This document shows, piece after piece, positions 27,256-39,905 of a DNA stretch of 64,000 nucleotides; positions within the stretch are counted from its first letter, which is position 1; each line of letters starts with the position of its first letter. The position numbers were made by a program, and so were the translations under genes. The notes beneath the pieces were generated by a model that was not told the DNA's origin, did no database searches, and saw nothing but the letters and a program-made list of their open reading frames with translations. The stretch spans positions 205,346,001 through 205,410,000 of the forward strand of contig NC_058368.1 of the NCBI RefSeq assembly GCF_018350175.1, read 5' to 3'. Source of the stretch: Felis catus. Lineage: Eukaryota.

Positions 27256-28236
27256 TTATATGATCATGAATGGTAGTTACTATGATTATTCCTGGGGAAA
27301 ATTTGGTTCCACAGCATGATATACTTGGTTGTGGGACAATGTAGAAAAAACAACTAGCTAGTGAGAGTACAGTAGCACTTACTGAAATTATATATAACAT
27401 AACACATACATTTTAAATCAAGTAGCTTCACAAGACTTAGCATCTGCATTAGAATAAGGAAAGATATGAATACCTTAAATATGAAAAAAATACTATAGCT
27501 AGTAAAATCTTTACCTAAAACACAAATATCTTTTAATTTTATTTACCATGCCTTAAATGTGGGGCCCTCAATAAAGGAGGTTATATCCAGACCCAATGAC
27601 ATTATATGTTTAATGCAGCATGATAGGATTCCAACCAGAACAGTCTCTTATAAGCTATATGACCTTAGGCAAATCCATAACCATTTTGAACCTCAATTCC
27701 ACATCTGTAACACAAGGATACTACCTTCTTTTTGCGTGAAAATCACGTTAAGTAAACACACAAAAGGGACCCCTCATAGAATCCAATGCATTACAATTGT
27801 TCAAGAACATTAGTTCTCTCAGCTACACGATATTTAAAAGTGTCAGTGCTTTTGGATGATAACAAAATCTTACTTCCCAGAATCTTGAGAATGTTGTTCT
27901 TTCCTGCTAAAGAACTGGTCTCTAATTGCTGATCATTCTTTCTTTGGACACAGAAAAGTATTCATCATTTAACAAAATAACAAGTATTCTATAGATAATG
28001 AAAATTTTAACAAGTGTTTTACTTCTTGGCATATGAACTATCTACAATTATTCAAATAGTCTAGAGTCAGGCACCACAGGCAAATAACAACATGTGAAAA
28101 ACGAAAGGGTCCTATGAAGGAAGTCATTTAACTTAATCCTCAATTTAGTGGCAGAGCCAAGACTAATTTACACTATTGACTTGTAATATAGTCAAATATA
28201 ATATCTTCTTTTTAATTCATAAAACTAGATACTCAC

Positions 28237-28472
28237 ACTGCCATGTAGTCAAAAAATGCACCATCAGTGACCTCAGATATAGGCTTTTTTAAGATTTCTA
28301 GATCTGGAAGAGACTTCCAGTCAACGGAAGACCAAGAAGGAAGATCCCGCAGCAGAAAATATCTCCACAGAATTGGATCTCGTACAGTTTCATTCCAATA
28401 ATGGCTGGTACTTCCCAACTGACACAGATCATGAGGTGAAAGAAATGACAAAATATATAGCTGTACGTCAAT
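28237..28472 (-). CDS. FBXO4: FBXO4 coding exon 2 (most of the F-box domain)
   Basis: cag|ATT...GT|gtgagt; 236 nt; IDVQLYILSFLSPHDLCQLGSTSHYWNETVRDPILWR is an F-box motif. Confidence 0.97.
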
Positions 28473-29169
28473 CTGAAATGGAAACAGCAAACAGGTAAAA
28501 GGCATGAAAAACGTATCTTGGAAATTGTTTTCTGATAATAAATTATAAAATTTATTTTATTATACTAGGAAACCAAAGGTCAACCAAAGAGTTTGTCTTT
28601 TTAATGATTATATCATGATAAATTACAAAACTTGTAAAGAATTATACTAGATAACCAAAGATCGGTGTGTCAGTATTCTTAATAATGAAATCTACTATTT
28701 GGAAGTTAATTTCCTGCCACCAAAAGAGAAACGTAACTGAACACTTAATTTTTGACACACCGAAACATTCATTTTTCAAGCAAAATAACCAGATTCTTAA
28801 TTTCTCACGGATATTTTGCCACACCGTTCACTTGAACAAACTACTTAAGGAAATAATCTAGCCTTCAACATAAAATCTTTATGAAGCTGACAAACTTCTG
28901 ATCTTGTCATTAGAGCAAATCAAAGAATAAATCTGTCATCTGAGTTCCTCCATAAAATCTATTATCTCCAAGAACCTCTACAAAAGGGAGACCCTTGGAG
29001 GCATTCTAAGCCTGCAGTTTTCAATTTCTGATCGATGTCACAGGCAAGTGTCGAGAGTTCAGCCGAGATACAGAGTTTAATAATTTCGAAGAAATTTTTC
29101 GTCTCTCCATTTTCCCATCTGCCTGAAGAGTTTAACGATAAATGAGAGGTGTATAATTCTTGTGGCCTG

Positions 29170-30130
29170 TCGCCCCTCGAGGCGCCTGTAACTTCTTCTC
29201 AATGAAGTGTGAGGGTCGGTGCTTGAAACGCGCGGTGGGAGAAGAGCCACAGCGTCATGGCCGAGTGTTGGGGGGGGGCGGGGTCCCCCAGGGGTTCTGG
29301 ACCCTGAACCTGAGGTGAGAGCCTTTGAGAACACAGTCGCTGAAGGCTTCCCCAGGCTACCCACAAAGTCTGGCGTGGTCTCCTCTTTTCCTGAATGACG
29401 TCAGGGCGTTCCAGTACCAAAACTCGCTTTGGGGGGTTGAAGACGTGAGGATGACCCGGCCGGTTAGCGGGGCGCCCCCACTGCGGTGAGTTCCGCCGCG
29501 ACCATCGGTCCCGCGGCGGAGGACCAAAGCTCAACGCCTCGGCGTCTCTGCTCTACCGTTATTCCCAGGTGACGACACGGCCCGGAATGGCTGCAGGACC
29601 GGACAGACCCAGGCCGGGGCGCGGCGAGGCCCCCAAGGCCGCCCGAGCGGGGCGCCCCTCCCGGCCCGCGGTCCTCCGCGTCCGGTGGCCGCCACTCACC
29701 GGCAGCCGCGTCAGGGTACTGGCCTCCTCGTCCGCCTCCTCTTGGGAGGCCCTCGGCGCTGCCCTCTCCTTGCCCACCGACTGCCAGAAGTTCCTCCAGC
29801 CGCTGAGGATGGCGGCCTCCAGCCGGCTCCAGTCGCTGTGGTGCGGCGGCGGGGCGCTGCCTCCGCTGCGGGGCTCGCTTCCCGCCATGGCCGCCGACGC
29901 TGCACGTGACGCGCCGCAGGGCCACGCGCTGCGCGTCCTCCTCCGGGCGGCTCGCCACCCGCCTCGCACCCCCCGTCTCGCCCCTGCCACGTCTCCCCGC
30001 GGGCAGCCTCCGCACCCGGAAGGGAATCGAGATGTGGCCCAGTGAGGTGCCGTCTCGAGTGGAGCCCGAAGCACCGCTCACTGCCCCATTCACTTCAGAC
30101 CTCAGCCTTGCTAACCTCACTCGGTCCCAT
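29170..30130 (-). promoter_or_regulatory. FBXO4 CpG island / promoter
   Basis: Very GC- and CpG-rich around exon 1; E-box CACGTG 29903-29908; ETS-like CCGGAAG near 30016; CRE palindrome TGACGTCA 29396-29403. Confidence 0.85.
29700..29888 (-). CDS. FBXO4: FBXO4 coding exon 1
   Basis: GCCATGG start with ATG at 29888-29886; MAGSEPRSGGSAPPPHHSDWSRLEAAILSGWRNFWQSVGKERAAPRASQEEADEEASTLTRLP; donor CCG|GTGAGT; 189 nt. Confidence 0.96.
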
Positions 30131-30659
30131 GAAATCTCTCGGCCCTTTGTAACTTGGTTTCTTCACCCAAAGACGTTCTGTCTGGGACCCGTTTACACTT
30201 CATCTGGGCCTAGGTGATCCCTATTCATTCAACGGATTGCCCTCCTCCGCTGTCTTAGGCATAATAACCAGTTGCTTCCTTCTCAGCACTGCCGTGCCAG
30301 GCGTGGAGGTTTTTTCTAATTGTTTTTCAGTCTCCGATTTACTGTTTGTGTTCTTGGGGATTGGCAGAAATGAGAGTAGAGAGGTGGCCAGGGGCCTAAT
30401 CATGAAAGACCTTATGCCAAGGTGAGGAGTCTGTATTCTCTACTTAAAAATATAGGTACATTTAAAAATTCCTGAAGGTAGGCATCTCACAAAAGGGCAG
30501 CAACATAGGGCCAGAATAAGAGAAGCCAGATACAGTACTGTTGAAATCCTGCTAGCGTTGTTGTTTTTTTATCTGTAAAAGTTACCCATTTTACTCACCT
30601 TGTCCAGCCTTACTTTGAAAGGGCTTTAAGAAACTATGCCATAGGCCACATTACAAGGT

Positions 30660-31160
30660 AATAAACAACAAAAATTCAACTGCGTGATTTAAAAGATCAA
30701 ATTGTCTTTATTGCCCAATTCATGAATATGGAAGCATCCCATCTGGCAAAAAGAAAGGAGCTCTCTTGAGCTGCAGGAAAAGGAAGGTTTTTAAAAGGCA
30801 GAAGTGGGGCGGTGGTGGTGCCCGGCTGGCTGAGTCAGTGGAGCATGAGACCCTCGATCTTGGGTGTAGAGAATAAACAAAAATCATTAAAGGCAAAAAA
30901 AAAAAAAAAAAAAAGGAAAAAAAGGAAATTATTGGCAAAAAGTACACTGTTGTAGACAAGGTCACCTTCCTAAGGGGAATGGAAGAGGTCTATCAGTAAA
31001 TTTCCTAGTGCTGACCAGGGATTCCTTGTTGACTGGTTAAAGGTTACATTCCTCAGGTGGCTGAAACTGCAGGTAGGTTAGGTATTATGGTTTTGGTTTG
31101 CTGAAGTGGGGCCCTTAAAATAAGAGATTCCATCTGGGGCCTGTGGTTTTCTTTTCAACA
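30660..31160. mobile_element. Probable ERV-type LTR upstream of FBXO4, with a short SINE inside (~30818-30915)
   Basis: Resembles recalled laurasiatherian LTR sequence (aattcatgaatatggaagcatcccatctggc); ends ...aaca; family not assigned. Confidence 0.4.
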
Positions 31161-31334
31161 AGGGTAACCTATTATATTGAACTGACTATGGTCTCTATTG
31201 ATAAGGACACAAATACTACTGTGTCATTCATTTTCAAATAGATTACTTCAATCTAATCCAAAAACTACTTTGCTCAAAAGCTAGATCTCGGTTCCTTAAA
31301 GGATTATTTCAATCTAAAGTAATAAATACATAAT

Positions 31335-31553
31335 TTTAAGACTCTAGGACACAGCGTGAGTGGGGGAGGACCAGAGAGAGAGGGAGACAGAATCCAAAGC
31401 AGGTCCCAGGCTCTGAGCTGTCAGCACAGAGCCCGACGCGGGGCTCGAACCCACTAACAGTGAGATCATAACCTGGGCTTGAACCCACTAACAGTGAGAT
31501 CATAACCTGAGCTGAAGCTGGACGCTCAACTGACTGAGCCACGCAGGCACCCC
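31335..31553 (-). mobile_element. CAN-SINE with internal 34-bp tandem duplication
   Basis: Repeat units at 31441-31474 and 31475-31508. Confidence 0.9.
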
Positions 31554-31697
31554 ATGGGTTATAATTTTTTAATTGTGAAAATTATTAGAGTTAATAATGT
31601 AATCCCATGTGTCCACTAGCTGATTCAAGTTACCAGTTTATCTTGCTCCATCACCGTCTCCACCCAACGCACACATCCCCAAATCGAGATTATTCTT

Positions 31698-31911
31698 TTT
31701 TTTTTTTTTAACGTTTATTTATTTTTGGGACAGAGAGAGACAGAGCATGAACGGGGGAGGGGCAGAGAGAGGGGGAGACACAGAATCGGAAACAGGCTCC
31801 AGGCTCTGAGCCATCAGCCCAGAGCCCGACGCGGGGCTTGAACTCACGGACCGCGAGATCGTGACCTGGCTGAAGTCGGACGCTTAACCGTCTGCGCCAC
31901 CCAGGCGCCCC
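31698..31911 (-). mobile_element. Young SINEC_Fc-type SINE with 14-bp TSD
   Basis: TSD tcgagattattctt at 31684-31697 and 31912-31925. Confidence 0.95.
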
Positions 31912-32614
31912 TCGAGATTATTCTTAAGCAAATCCCAGATATATCATTTTATCCCTAAATATCTCAGTATATGTCTCTAAAAATTAAGGTAACTTTTAAG
32001 AAACATTGTACCATTATCACTGTACCATTATCACCTAACTTTCTTTAAAATCACCAAATACTTGGGCAGGGCTTAACTTCCTCACCTGCCTCAAATATAT
32101 ATACTTATTTAATTTATATTTTGCAATTGGCTTTTTAAAATCATGACCCAAACAAGATCCACATGTTACATTTGGTAGACATGTTCCTAAAACTTGTTCA
32201 TTCTATAGGTTCCCTCTCCTTTATTTTTCCTGGCAACTGTTAAAAGAAACTAGGTTGGTCTTTCTGGACTTCAGGACATTCTGGACTTTCTTGGAAGGCA
32301 TGATCAAATTTAGATAGGTTTTATAAAATATTTCTAAGTGGTATTGTGTACTCAAATTGTCATTCTCATTTTCTAATGTTCAAACTGATCAATGGTTTCT
32401 AAACTCTGATCCATTTATTATCAAGTTCATCATAAGTTTTTCGTCTCAAGGATTTAGGAGTTATCAATGATTATTGTTTACAAGTTTTAAAGTATTACTA
32501 TTCTAATTTTATGATCTCTTTGATTAGATGATTAAATAAAAGTTGTCCCTCATCAACCATTTGATTGTCCCGCCCATGATATAGACTCAGCCTTATCTCC
32601 AGGGAGCTGTGGTT

Positions 32615-32785
32615 CTTTTTTTTTTTTTTTTTTTTAAGTTTAGTTATACATGGGGTTGGGGGAGAGGCAGAGAGAGAGAGGGAGAGATTGAATCCCAAGG
32701 GGCTCAAACTCACAAACTGTGAGATCATTACCTGAGCTGAAAGCAAAAGTCAGATGCTTAACCAACAGAGCCACCCAGGTGCCCC
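32615..32785 (-). mobile_element. CAN-SINE, internally deleted
   Basis: Reverse head gccacccaggtgcccc; poly(T). Confidence 0.85.
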
Positions 32786-33339
32786 AGAGCCCTGGTTCAT
32801 TTTAATGGGAAATAGTATTTGGACATTATTTGGTGGTCTTTATGTAGAGAAAATAAGAGTTCATGCTGTTAATTTCTATTCAACTTCAGAATTACAGAAT
32901 TTTTACTTACCTTCTTTGATTCCAATTTAGTCTCTTTTCCCTTACACTGAAAATCCACATTTCTAATGCTATCAGCAGAGTTATTAATACTATAATTACT
33001 GAGGAGTTTGATTTCTTCACAGCCCTTGGGGATATCCACTAGGGGAATGCAAATTATTGTTCTTTAAAAATAATTGAAATATTCCTGTGTAGTTAAGCCA
33101 CCAACTTGAAGCACAATACAGCTCATTTGTTGTATTTTGCTTTGGAATTTTAGGAGTTGCTTTTAATTTTGATGTAATCTTGCTTTGTAAAAATGTAGTA
33201 CATGCTCCAAAGTCAAATGTACAAAACTTAAGGTATATTCAGAGAAGTCTAGCTTCCATCCTGGTCCCCTCCATCTGGTACCTCTCTCCATACCTCTCAC
33301 CAGAAGTACTTTTTTTTTTTAATTTTTAAATTAAAAAAA

Positions 33340-33580
33340 ATGTGTATATATACATATATATGTATACATATATGTGTATACGTATACATACATTTGTGTA
33401 CACATATACACATATATGTATACATATATGTACACATATACATATATGTACATATATACATGTATGTATATATGTGTACATACATGTATATAATGTATGT
33501 ATATATATAATGTATATATAATGTATATATATTATATAATATACATATATATACATATATGTAAGCAAACAAGGTTATAC
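33340..33580. repeat. TA/CATA-rich compound microsatellite
   Basis: About 240 bp of mixed (TA)n, (CATA)n and (TGTA)n. Confidence 0.95.
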
Positions 33581-33866
33581 ACACATATTTATTCCCTTTC
33601 TTAAATAGTACTATATACTCTTTTCCACCTTGTTTTTCACTTAAGAGGACTCCATAGCATTATACAGAAATATTTGCTTTTGCTTCTTATAGCTACATAC
33701 CATTCAATCATGTGGATTTCCCAGCTTAATCTATTTTTTAAACAGGATATTAAGGATATTAGACTAATATTTCATTAAATGCCTCTGACTTGTCAGTTCA
33801 GTATGACCTAAAGGTACTAGAAGCCAAGTCAATCAAGCTGATAGGTAAATGTTGATGTTGGTATAC

Positions 33867-33902
<36 letters not shown>

Positions 33903-34189
33903 TGTGAGACTGGGGCTGAAAAATTTCTGAAAACTGTAGGTTTCCTTCTAGCCATATCTAAAACAAACATTTAAAATGTCTATATAGCCAGTAATTTCTT
34001 CTCTGAAACTTGCTTTCCATTTAGAAAGGTCAGCACCACTTGAACTGACAAGGCAGTGAGTGAGTGCTCACTGGCCAGAACAAGAGTTTGTCACTCAATT
34101 ATCCTGGCTGATAAGTATATTTTCAGCATGATGAACTGATACACAAAACTAGGCTTAAAGAAAATAATAAAAACTAGTCTTTTGAGCTC

Positions 34190-34420
34190 TTAGGATGTGC
34201 TAAGCATTAAACTAAGCAACTTCGAACATTAATTCATTTAATCTCCAATAACCTGTGATGTAGGTACTAACAGTGCTCCTTTGTTAAATAATAGGATACT
34301 AAGGTACAGAAAGTTTAAGTAATTTATGTGAAGCCACAAAGCTAGGACATGACAGGGCTAATATTTAACCTCAGATCTCTGGCTCCAGAGCCCATATTCC
34401 TAACCAATATACTATACTGT
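34190..34420 (-). mobile_element. MIR-like SINE; similar fragments near 2140-2270, 10555-10690, 22590-22740, 27640-27800 and 44070-44200
   Basis: MIR core-like actaaggtacagaaagtttaagtaattt...gccacaaagctag. Confidence 0.6.
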
Positions 34421-34553
34421 ATGACATTTATTAGAACCATAAGAAATAATGTTCAGATGTCAAAGTAAACTGAGACAATGAAAGTTTTCATTCTGATACA
34501 ACACTCAGATATAATAGAAAATAAAGACCAAGATACAAATATGGGAATATGGT

Positions 34554-34559
34554 TTTATT
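34554..34559 (-). terminator. RIMOC1: Likely RIMOC1 polyadenylation signal (AATAAA), implying a ~4.6 kb 3'UTR
   Basis: tttatt on + = AATAAA on -, followed on - by GU/U-rich ATTTGTATCTTGGTCTTTATTTT; an alternative AATAAA lies at 34989-34994. Confidence 0.6.
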
Positions 34560-37500
34560 AAAAAAAATGTATATGCTCCAAAACATTTTACTTGGAAATC
34601 TTCACTACAAGTAAGAGAACAAAAAACAATAAAGAACTTCAGCATGAATACATATCACATACTCATTTATGGATACAGTAAATGCATTTTAATACAATAC
34701 TTCCTAACATGTTATCTCATACTGTGTTAAAAATAATACAAGGAAGTGACACTAGAGAACTACAGAATCCTGGATTCTGTTGCAGATAAGGTATCCTTAT
34801 TAGAGCCAAAAAAGGAGCCCTCATAAGTGGCAAGAGAAAAGTGCCAAGCCATCCAAAACTAGCATGTTATCCAGTTGTGTGTTTTTAAGAATGCCATTAA
34901 AATGAAGCTGAGAATACGCTTAGATACAGTTCCCACTTCAATGAACATCACAGAACCCACAGTGGGAGGGTAAAGATAGGAATGTAATTTTATTGTGGAG
35001 TTTTAGCCACAACCCTCACTCACTTCACTCTACTGTATGCAAAGGTATGAGGGAAAGTCTTGTCATGATTTGAAACTTAATCAGCATCAAACAATTCATA
35101 ATAGCCAGGAACCCTATAAATGCCACAAAACAGATAGGCCTTTAAGTTTCAAAGCTTACTTTGAAACTTAACTACTTAACATAAAAAAATTCACACTGCA
35201 AAAGAAACACAAATTTAAGGATTATAAAAAAAAAATCCTTTAACAGTTTTAGTAACAATCAGAGAACTCAAAATGGAGAGAAACCCCCATGTAATAACAC
35301 AACAAGGCCTTTAGGTTCTCACTCACTCATTAGTAAAGCCCACACTGGAAAACGTCTTAAATGTAATCAAAGGAAAAAGGTCTTACGTAGTGACTGACTC
35401 GTTCCTTAATTCTGTATCAGAACTTCCATAAGAAAGAAACTTTATGGATGTACTGAATGTGCAGCAAGGCATTTAACCAAAGGGAGAGAATTTGAAGACG
35501 CTAATGCTAAAGTAGATAGGCACGCCTTCCCAACCACCATACATAAAACAGCACTCCTCTCCAGAGTCACACAAGCCCTTTACCCTGTTATTCTTCATAG
35601 CACTAACCACTTAATACACGATACATGTATTTCTTAAAATGTGTTAACTTCCTCCACTGGAATATAAACCCCAAAAATGATGTTTTACAAAGCTGTATCA
35701 TCAATGCCTAAGATGAAACCTGACATGTAGTAGGCACATAATACTTGTTGATGAGGGAATTATAGTGCCTTGCTGATGTAGTGTTTGTTATCTTGAAGAT
35801 ACTTCACTTAAATGAAATAAAATTTACTTAGGTTTAACACATACATACAAAAATCTGTTGTTCATTGTTTTGTAATACACCCATGTAAAAAGCACTGTAA
35901 GCGTTATGGTCTACAGATCATTCTCCAATTATGTGGGGGATGGAAAAGTTGTACAAAAAGCACCCAGTAGCACCCTCATAACTACACCAGCTAGTGAGAG
36001 ACCCAAGTGGTTTCCAAGGGTCGTAAAGGCAAAATGGAAGTTCCCATTTCTGAAGAGAAAGTTATGGTTTTCTCAGGTCCCAAATCTACATAATACTTTA
36101 CTTCTCTGAGAACTAATTTCTTATTTGCCTTATTAACCACTGGTGTAGAGGGCATGGCAGTTTGCAATCCAATAGCAGCAACCCTTTTGTGCAGAGTTCG
36201 GCACTTAAGAACCGTGTCTCTTATTAATTAAAAAAAAAAAAAAAAAAAAGGCAAAAAAACCCACAAAACAAAACCAAAAAACATTACTAAGGGCCTACCA
36301 TTCATTAAGCACAATGTATGAAGATACATTTTTTAAATATGGAGTTCACCAACACATAAGGAAAAGAACTATAAAGCAGTGTTACCTGTTTGATAACATG
36401 GAAGGAACATTAAGGGAGCAGAAGCAAAGGAACATTTGACTGAAAAGGGCTGAAAAAACCTTATGGATCCAGTATCACTGGAGCTGAGTCCTAAAGCACA
36501 AGTAAGTATTCACCTGGCCACAAAGAAGGGCAAAGTATTCCCGGCAGAAGTAATGAGATCTGCAGAGTACTGAGGGGAGCCCAATGGGAAAGGAACTGAA
36601 GTATTTGCAATTGATCATCATGCTCCAAAAGGTGGGGGTAAGGGGGCGTGTGGTTCTAAAACCATACTAAAAATGATCTAAATTTTTATACTTAGAAAGC
36701 ACAAAGGTATTTTTGTAGTGAAACTGGTTAAAAAGCTATATTAAATAAAAATCTCTGTTGCGTAAGGATAAGCAAGGAGACAGGGGCAGGGATAGGGAGA
36801 GATTTTCCTTATACCAAGATGTTCTATCAGAATGTTTATCAAAAAGCAGCCTGGGTTGTAAATGCTGAGGAACACTGAACTAGAACATGATAACATGGGA
36901 TGCACTGCAGAGAGAAAACTGGGAAGGTAGACAGAAACTAGATTGTGGCATTCCTTGTTGCCTTGCTCTGTGAAAGACCAAAAAAAAGGAAAAAAAAAAA
37001 AAAAAAAAAAGAAAGAAAGAAAAAACATGAACCAAAAAGGATTTTAAACAAAAGATGAGGGTTAGTTGTTTGGACATACTGAATTACCAAAATTGTGAGT
37101 GAAGATATTTAATAGGCAGTTAGAAAGAAGGCTCAGAGAGCAGGAGAAGCTGGGATTTGAGTTGCAAGTCTAGAAGTCAGCCTAACATTATAGCTGTCAC
37201 AAGCAGCCAGGGCTATGAATGACATCACCTAAGAGTATTTAAAGTTAAAAAAAAAAAAAAAAAAGAGCGAGAGCGAGATTGGGAGGGAGGGAGAGAAGGA
37301 AAGGGGGGGAGGGGAAAAAGAAAACAGACCTTCAGTGAAGAGCAATATCTAAGGGGCAAGCAGAAAAAAAAAAGAAGCTCCAGGGGAAAAGAGGAGAGGT
37401 GGAGATCAGCTTTAGACAGGAAGCAGGTGACCTCTTTTCTTCTAAAAATGGGGAAAATGAGTACGGCAAAGCTGGGAAATAGAAATTAAACTCCTCATAG

Positions 37501-37955
37501 TCTGAATTTTCTGTAAGAGCGGACCAAGCGCCATATGCTAAGGGAGGAAATAGAGGACATGAAAAAAGTAGTGAGGTTTAGATTAGCCACCAAGAGAAAA
37601 GGAGAGGAGCCACAGCAGGAACAAACAAGAGGCTTATACTGAGGGCTCTTCTAAAGTCGAAGGTGAGACACTCATAGGGATTACACCTTGAAGGGTTACA
37701 TGAACTTCACATGAGACACAGCATTCCAGAAAAGGTGGGTGACAGGACAATGGTGAGATGTGCAGAATGGTTACACTGAAGGACACGAGGACAACGGACT
37801 TGAAGGGGCTGTGGAGAGCACTTCAACTGGTGATCCTTATAAAGCTGAAGCTGGAGGAAAGGAAGAAAATCTGAAGCGGGCTGATGGTTTAGGAGAAAGA
37901 GGAACAGTCAAGAGGAGAAGGCTGTAAAGAAGCTAGAGATAGAATAGAAATACAG

Positions 37956-38181
37956 GGGGCACCTGGGTGGCTCAGTTGGTTAAGCGTCCGACTTCAGCTC
38001 AGGTCACGATCTCGCGGTCCATGGGTTCGAGCCCCACGTCTGGCTCTGGGCCGATGGCTCAGAGCCTGGAGCCTGCTTCTGATTCTGTGTCTCCCTCTCT
38101 CTCTGCCCCTCCCCCATTCATGCTCTGTCTCTCTCTGTCTCAAAAATAAATAAATGTTAAAAAAAAATTAAAAAAAAAAAA
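37956..38181 (+). mobile_element. CAN-SINE in the predicted RIMOC1 3'UTR
   Basis: TSD agaatagaaatacagg. Confidence 0.93.
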
Positions 38182-39207
38182 AGAATAGAAATACAGGGAA
38201 AGAAAAATCAACAAAAATGAGGAAGTGAAAAAGCTGGAAAGATAGGAATTGTTATCGGTTACTGCAATTTAAGATTTCAGAAAGAGAACACAAGGTGGTG
38301 ATTTCCATTCAAGGTGTAGCCATGGGAGTAAGTTCCTGGAATGTGATGAAGTCACTGGCACAGAAGTCAAGGATATCAGCAAGGTATTAGACAGATCATC
38401 CCAAGATGACAAGAGGAGTTGAGGTAGACAGAAATACTGTAAGCAAGATAGAAAGTTAGGTTCTCTGGCCATCTCTATTATTAAAGACAAAAATATTAAA
38501 ATTTCAATACATCCAAAAAGGTGTGCTCTAAACACATATGAGCTAATGATGGACTAACCTAAATTGGTTTCATCTTCATTACTCATTTGATAAGCCATCC
38601 ATTTTCTTTTAACAAAACAGGAAAATCATTTGAAAATGGTTATATAATGCCCAATAGCATAAAAATTTTAAATTCTATTAGTAATACATGGTGAAAAAAA
38701 ATCAAACAATTCTCTTGTGGCATTGCATTATTTACCTTATTCTGGAAATGGGAGTCTAAATACTAGTCACAATCTTCTATTTTGCCCATTTTTTATCCAT
38801 CTAAAGCAATGAGGTGACTTGATTTTAATCGCTGAAGCGTAGCTTCAAGATAGACCTAAAAATAATCTGAAGATATTTAAAGTGGTCAATTTTATGTCAC
38901 AATATTAAAAAAAGAAACCTAAAGTAATAAAAAAATTCTAAAAAGCTAAACTGGATTACTACTTAGTATTAGTTACAGGATGGCTGAATTAAAATTACAT
39001 GCCATCTTAGAAATTAAAGAATTGTTCCTTCATAGATTTAAAAACATGTAATGAAAGATGGCGATGGCATTTAAAAATAGGTAACCCTGCTGGTTATCTT
39101 TACATAGTGTAACATTCTTAAGCTCAGTGTCAATATGTCTTCTTTTCTGGAACTTTTTCCATTTCACGGGTTGTTTTGTTCTTCTGTTTCAAAAAGAATA
39201 GCTGAAC

Positions 39208-39494
39208 TTACTGGTTGGTATAATGCTGAAAGAAGTTTAAAATTTGTTTTGCATTTGCTGTATTCCATTCTTGTTCTTTCAGGGGTCCTTCGCACACAGA
39301 TACATACTTTTTCAAAATTTTTTCTCCTACTTCTCGGAAATCCAAGGGTTCTTTCTGTGTCGTGTAGCTTGCTCCGGAAACACCACTATCCACTTCATGA
39401 TTTTCTGGCTGTTGATCTGCACAATGCTTCAATCCCCAGTAACACATTTCTCCGCTGTACATCATAGCCAGCAAATGAATGTCACTAAATATTC
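39208..39494 (-). CDS. RIMOC1: RIMOC1 coding exon 6 (terminal, stop TAA)
   Basis: cag|GAATATTT; GIFSDIHLLAMMYSGEMCYWG...KQILNFFQHYTNQ*; exon lengths 100+107+144+132+115+287=885 nt = 294 aa + stop. Confidence 0.95.
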
Positions 39495-39905
39495 CTGGGA
39501 AAATCATTTAGGTTGAGAGATTAGAATTTAAATATTTAAAAAGGGACCTTGGTTATTAAAACTCTAATAAATTCCTTTTATGTCATTAAGCGTTTTTCCT
39601 TCTCATTTCAGTTACACTAGAAAAGCCAAATGATCCCTAATATAATCCTCATTTAATTGGCATTTCTCTCTATTTTACCTATAAAAGAGGTCCATCACTC
39701 CCAACCCCCCAAAAACCAGTTTGTCAGAGATTTTTTTTAAAGAATCATTTAGGTGACTGTGTTCTTAAGTTCTAAAGGTGGTTAAATTATCACTAAGATC
39801 TGGCCACAAAAATATTTTGAATTCATGTAGAACTTTTAAAATTAATATTAAGGATTATTCAGAATTATGTTTAATGTTGGCTAATAAAATATTAAAAAAT
39901 AATTA

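Noticed and set aside
29464..30217. Long overlapping ORFs of 100-218 aa around the FBXO4 promoter, including a 62-codon in-frame extension upstream of the ATG
   Set aside because: Stop-poor ORFs are expected in a CpG island. The extension starts at GTG, and the nearest in-frame upstream ATG (30089) is closed after three codons (ATG GGG CAG TGA).
33297..33584. Tyr/Ile/His/Cys-rich ORFs
   Set aside because: Translations of a TA-rich microsatellite.
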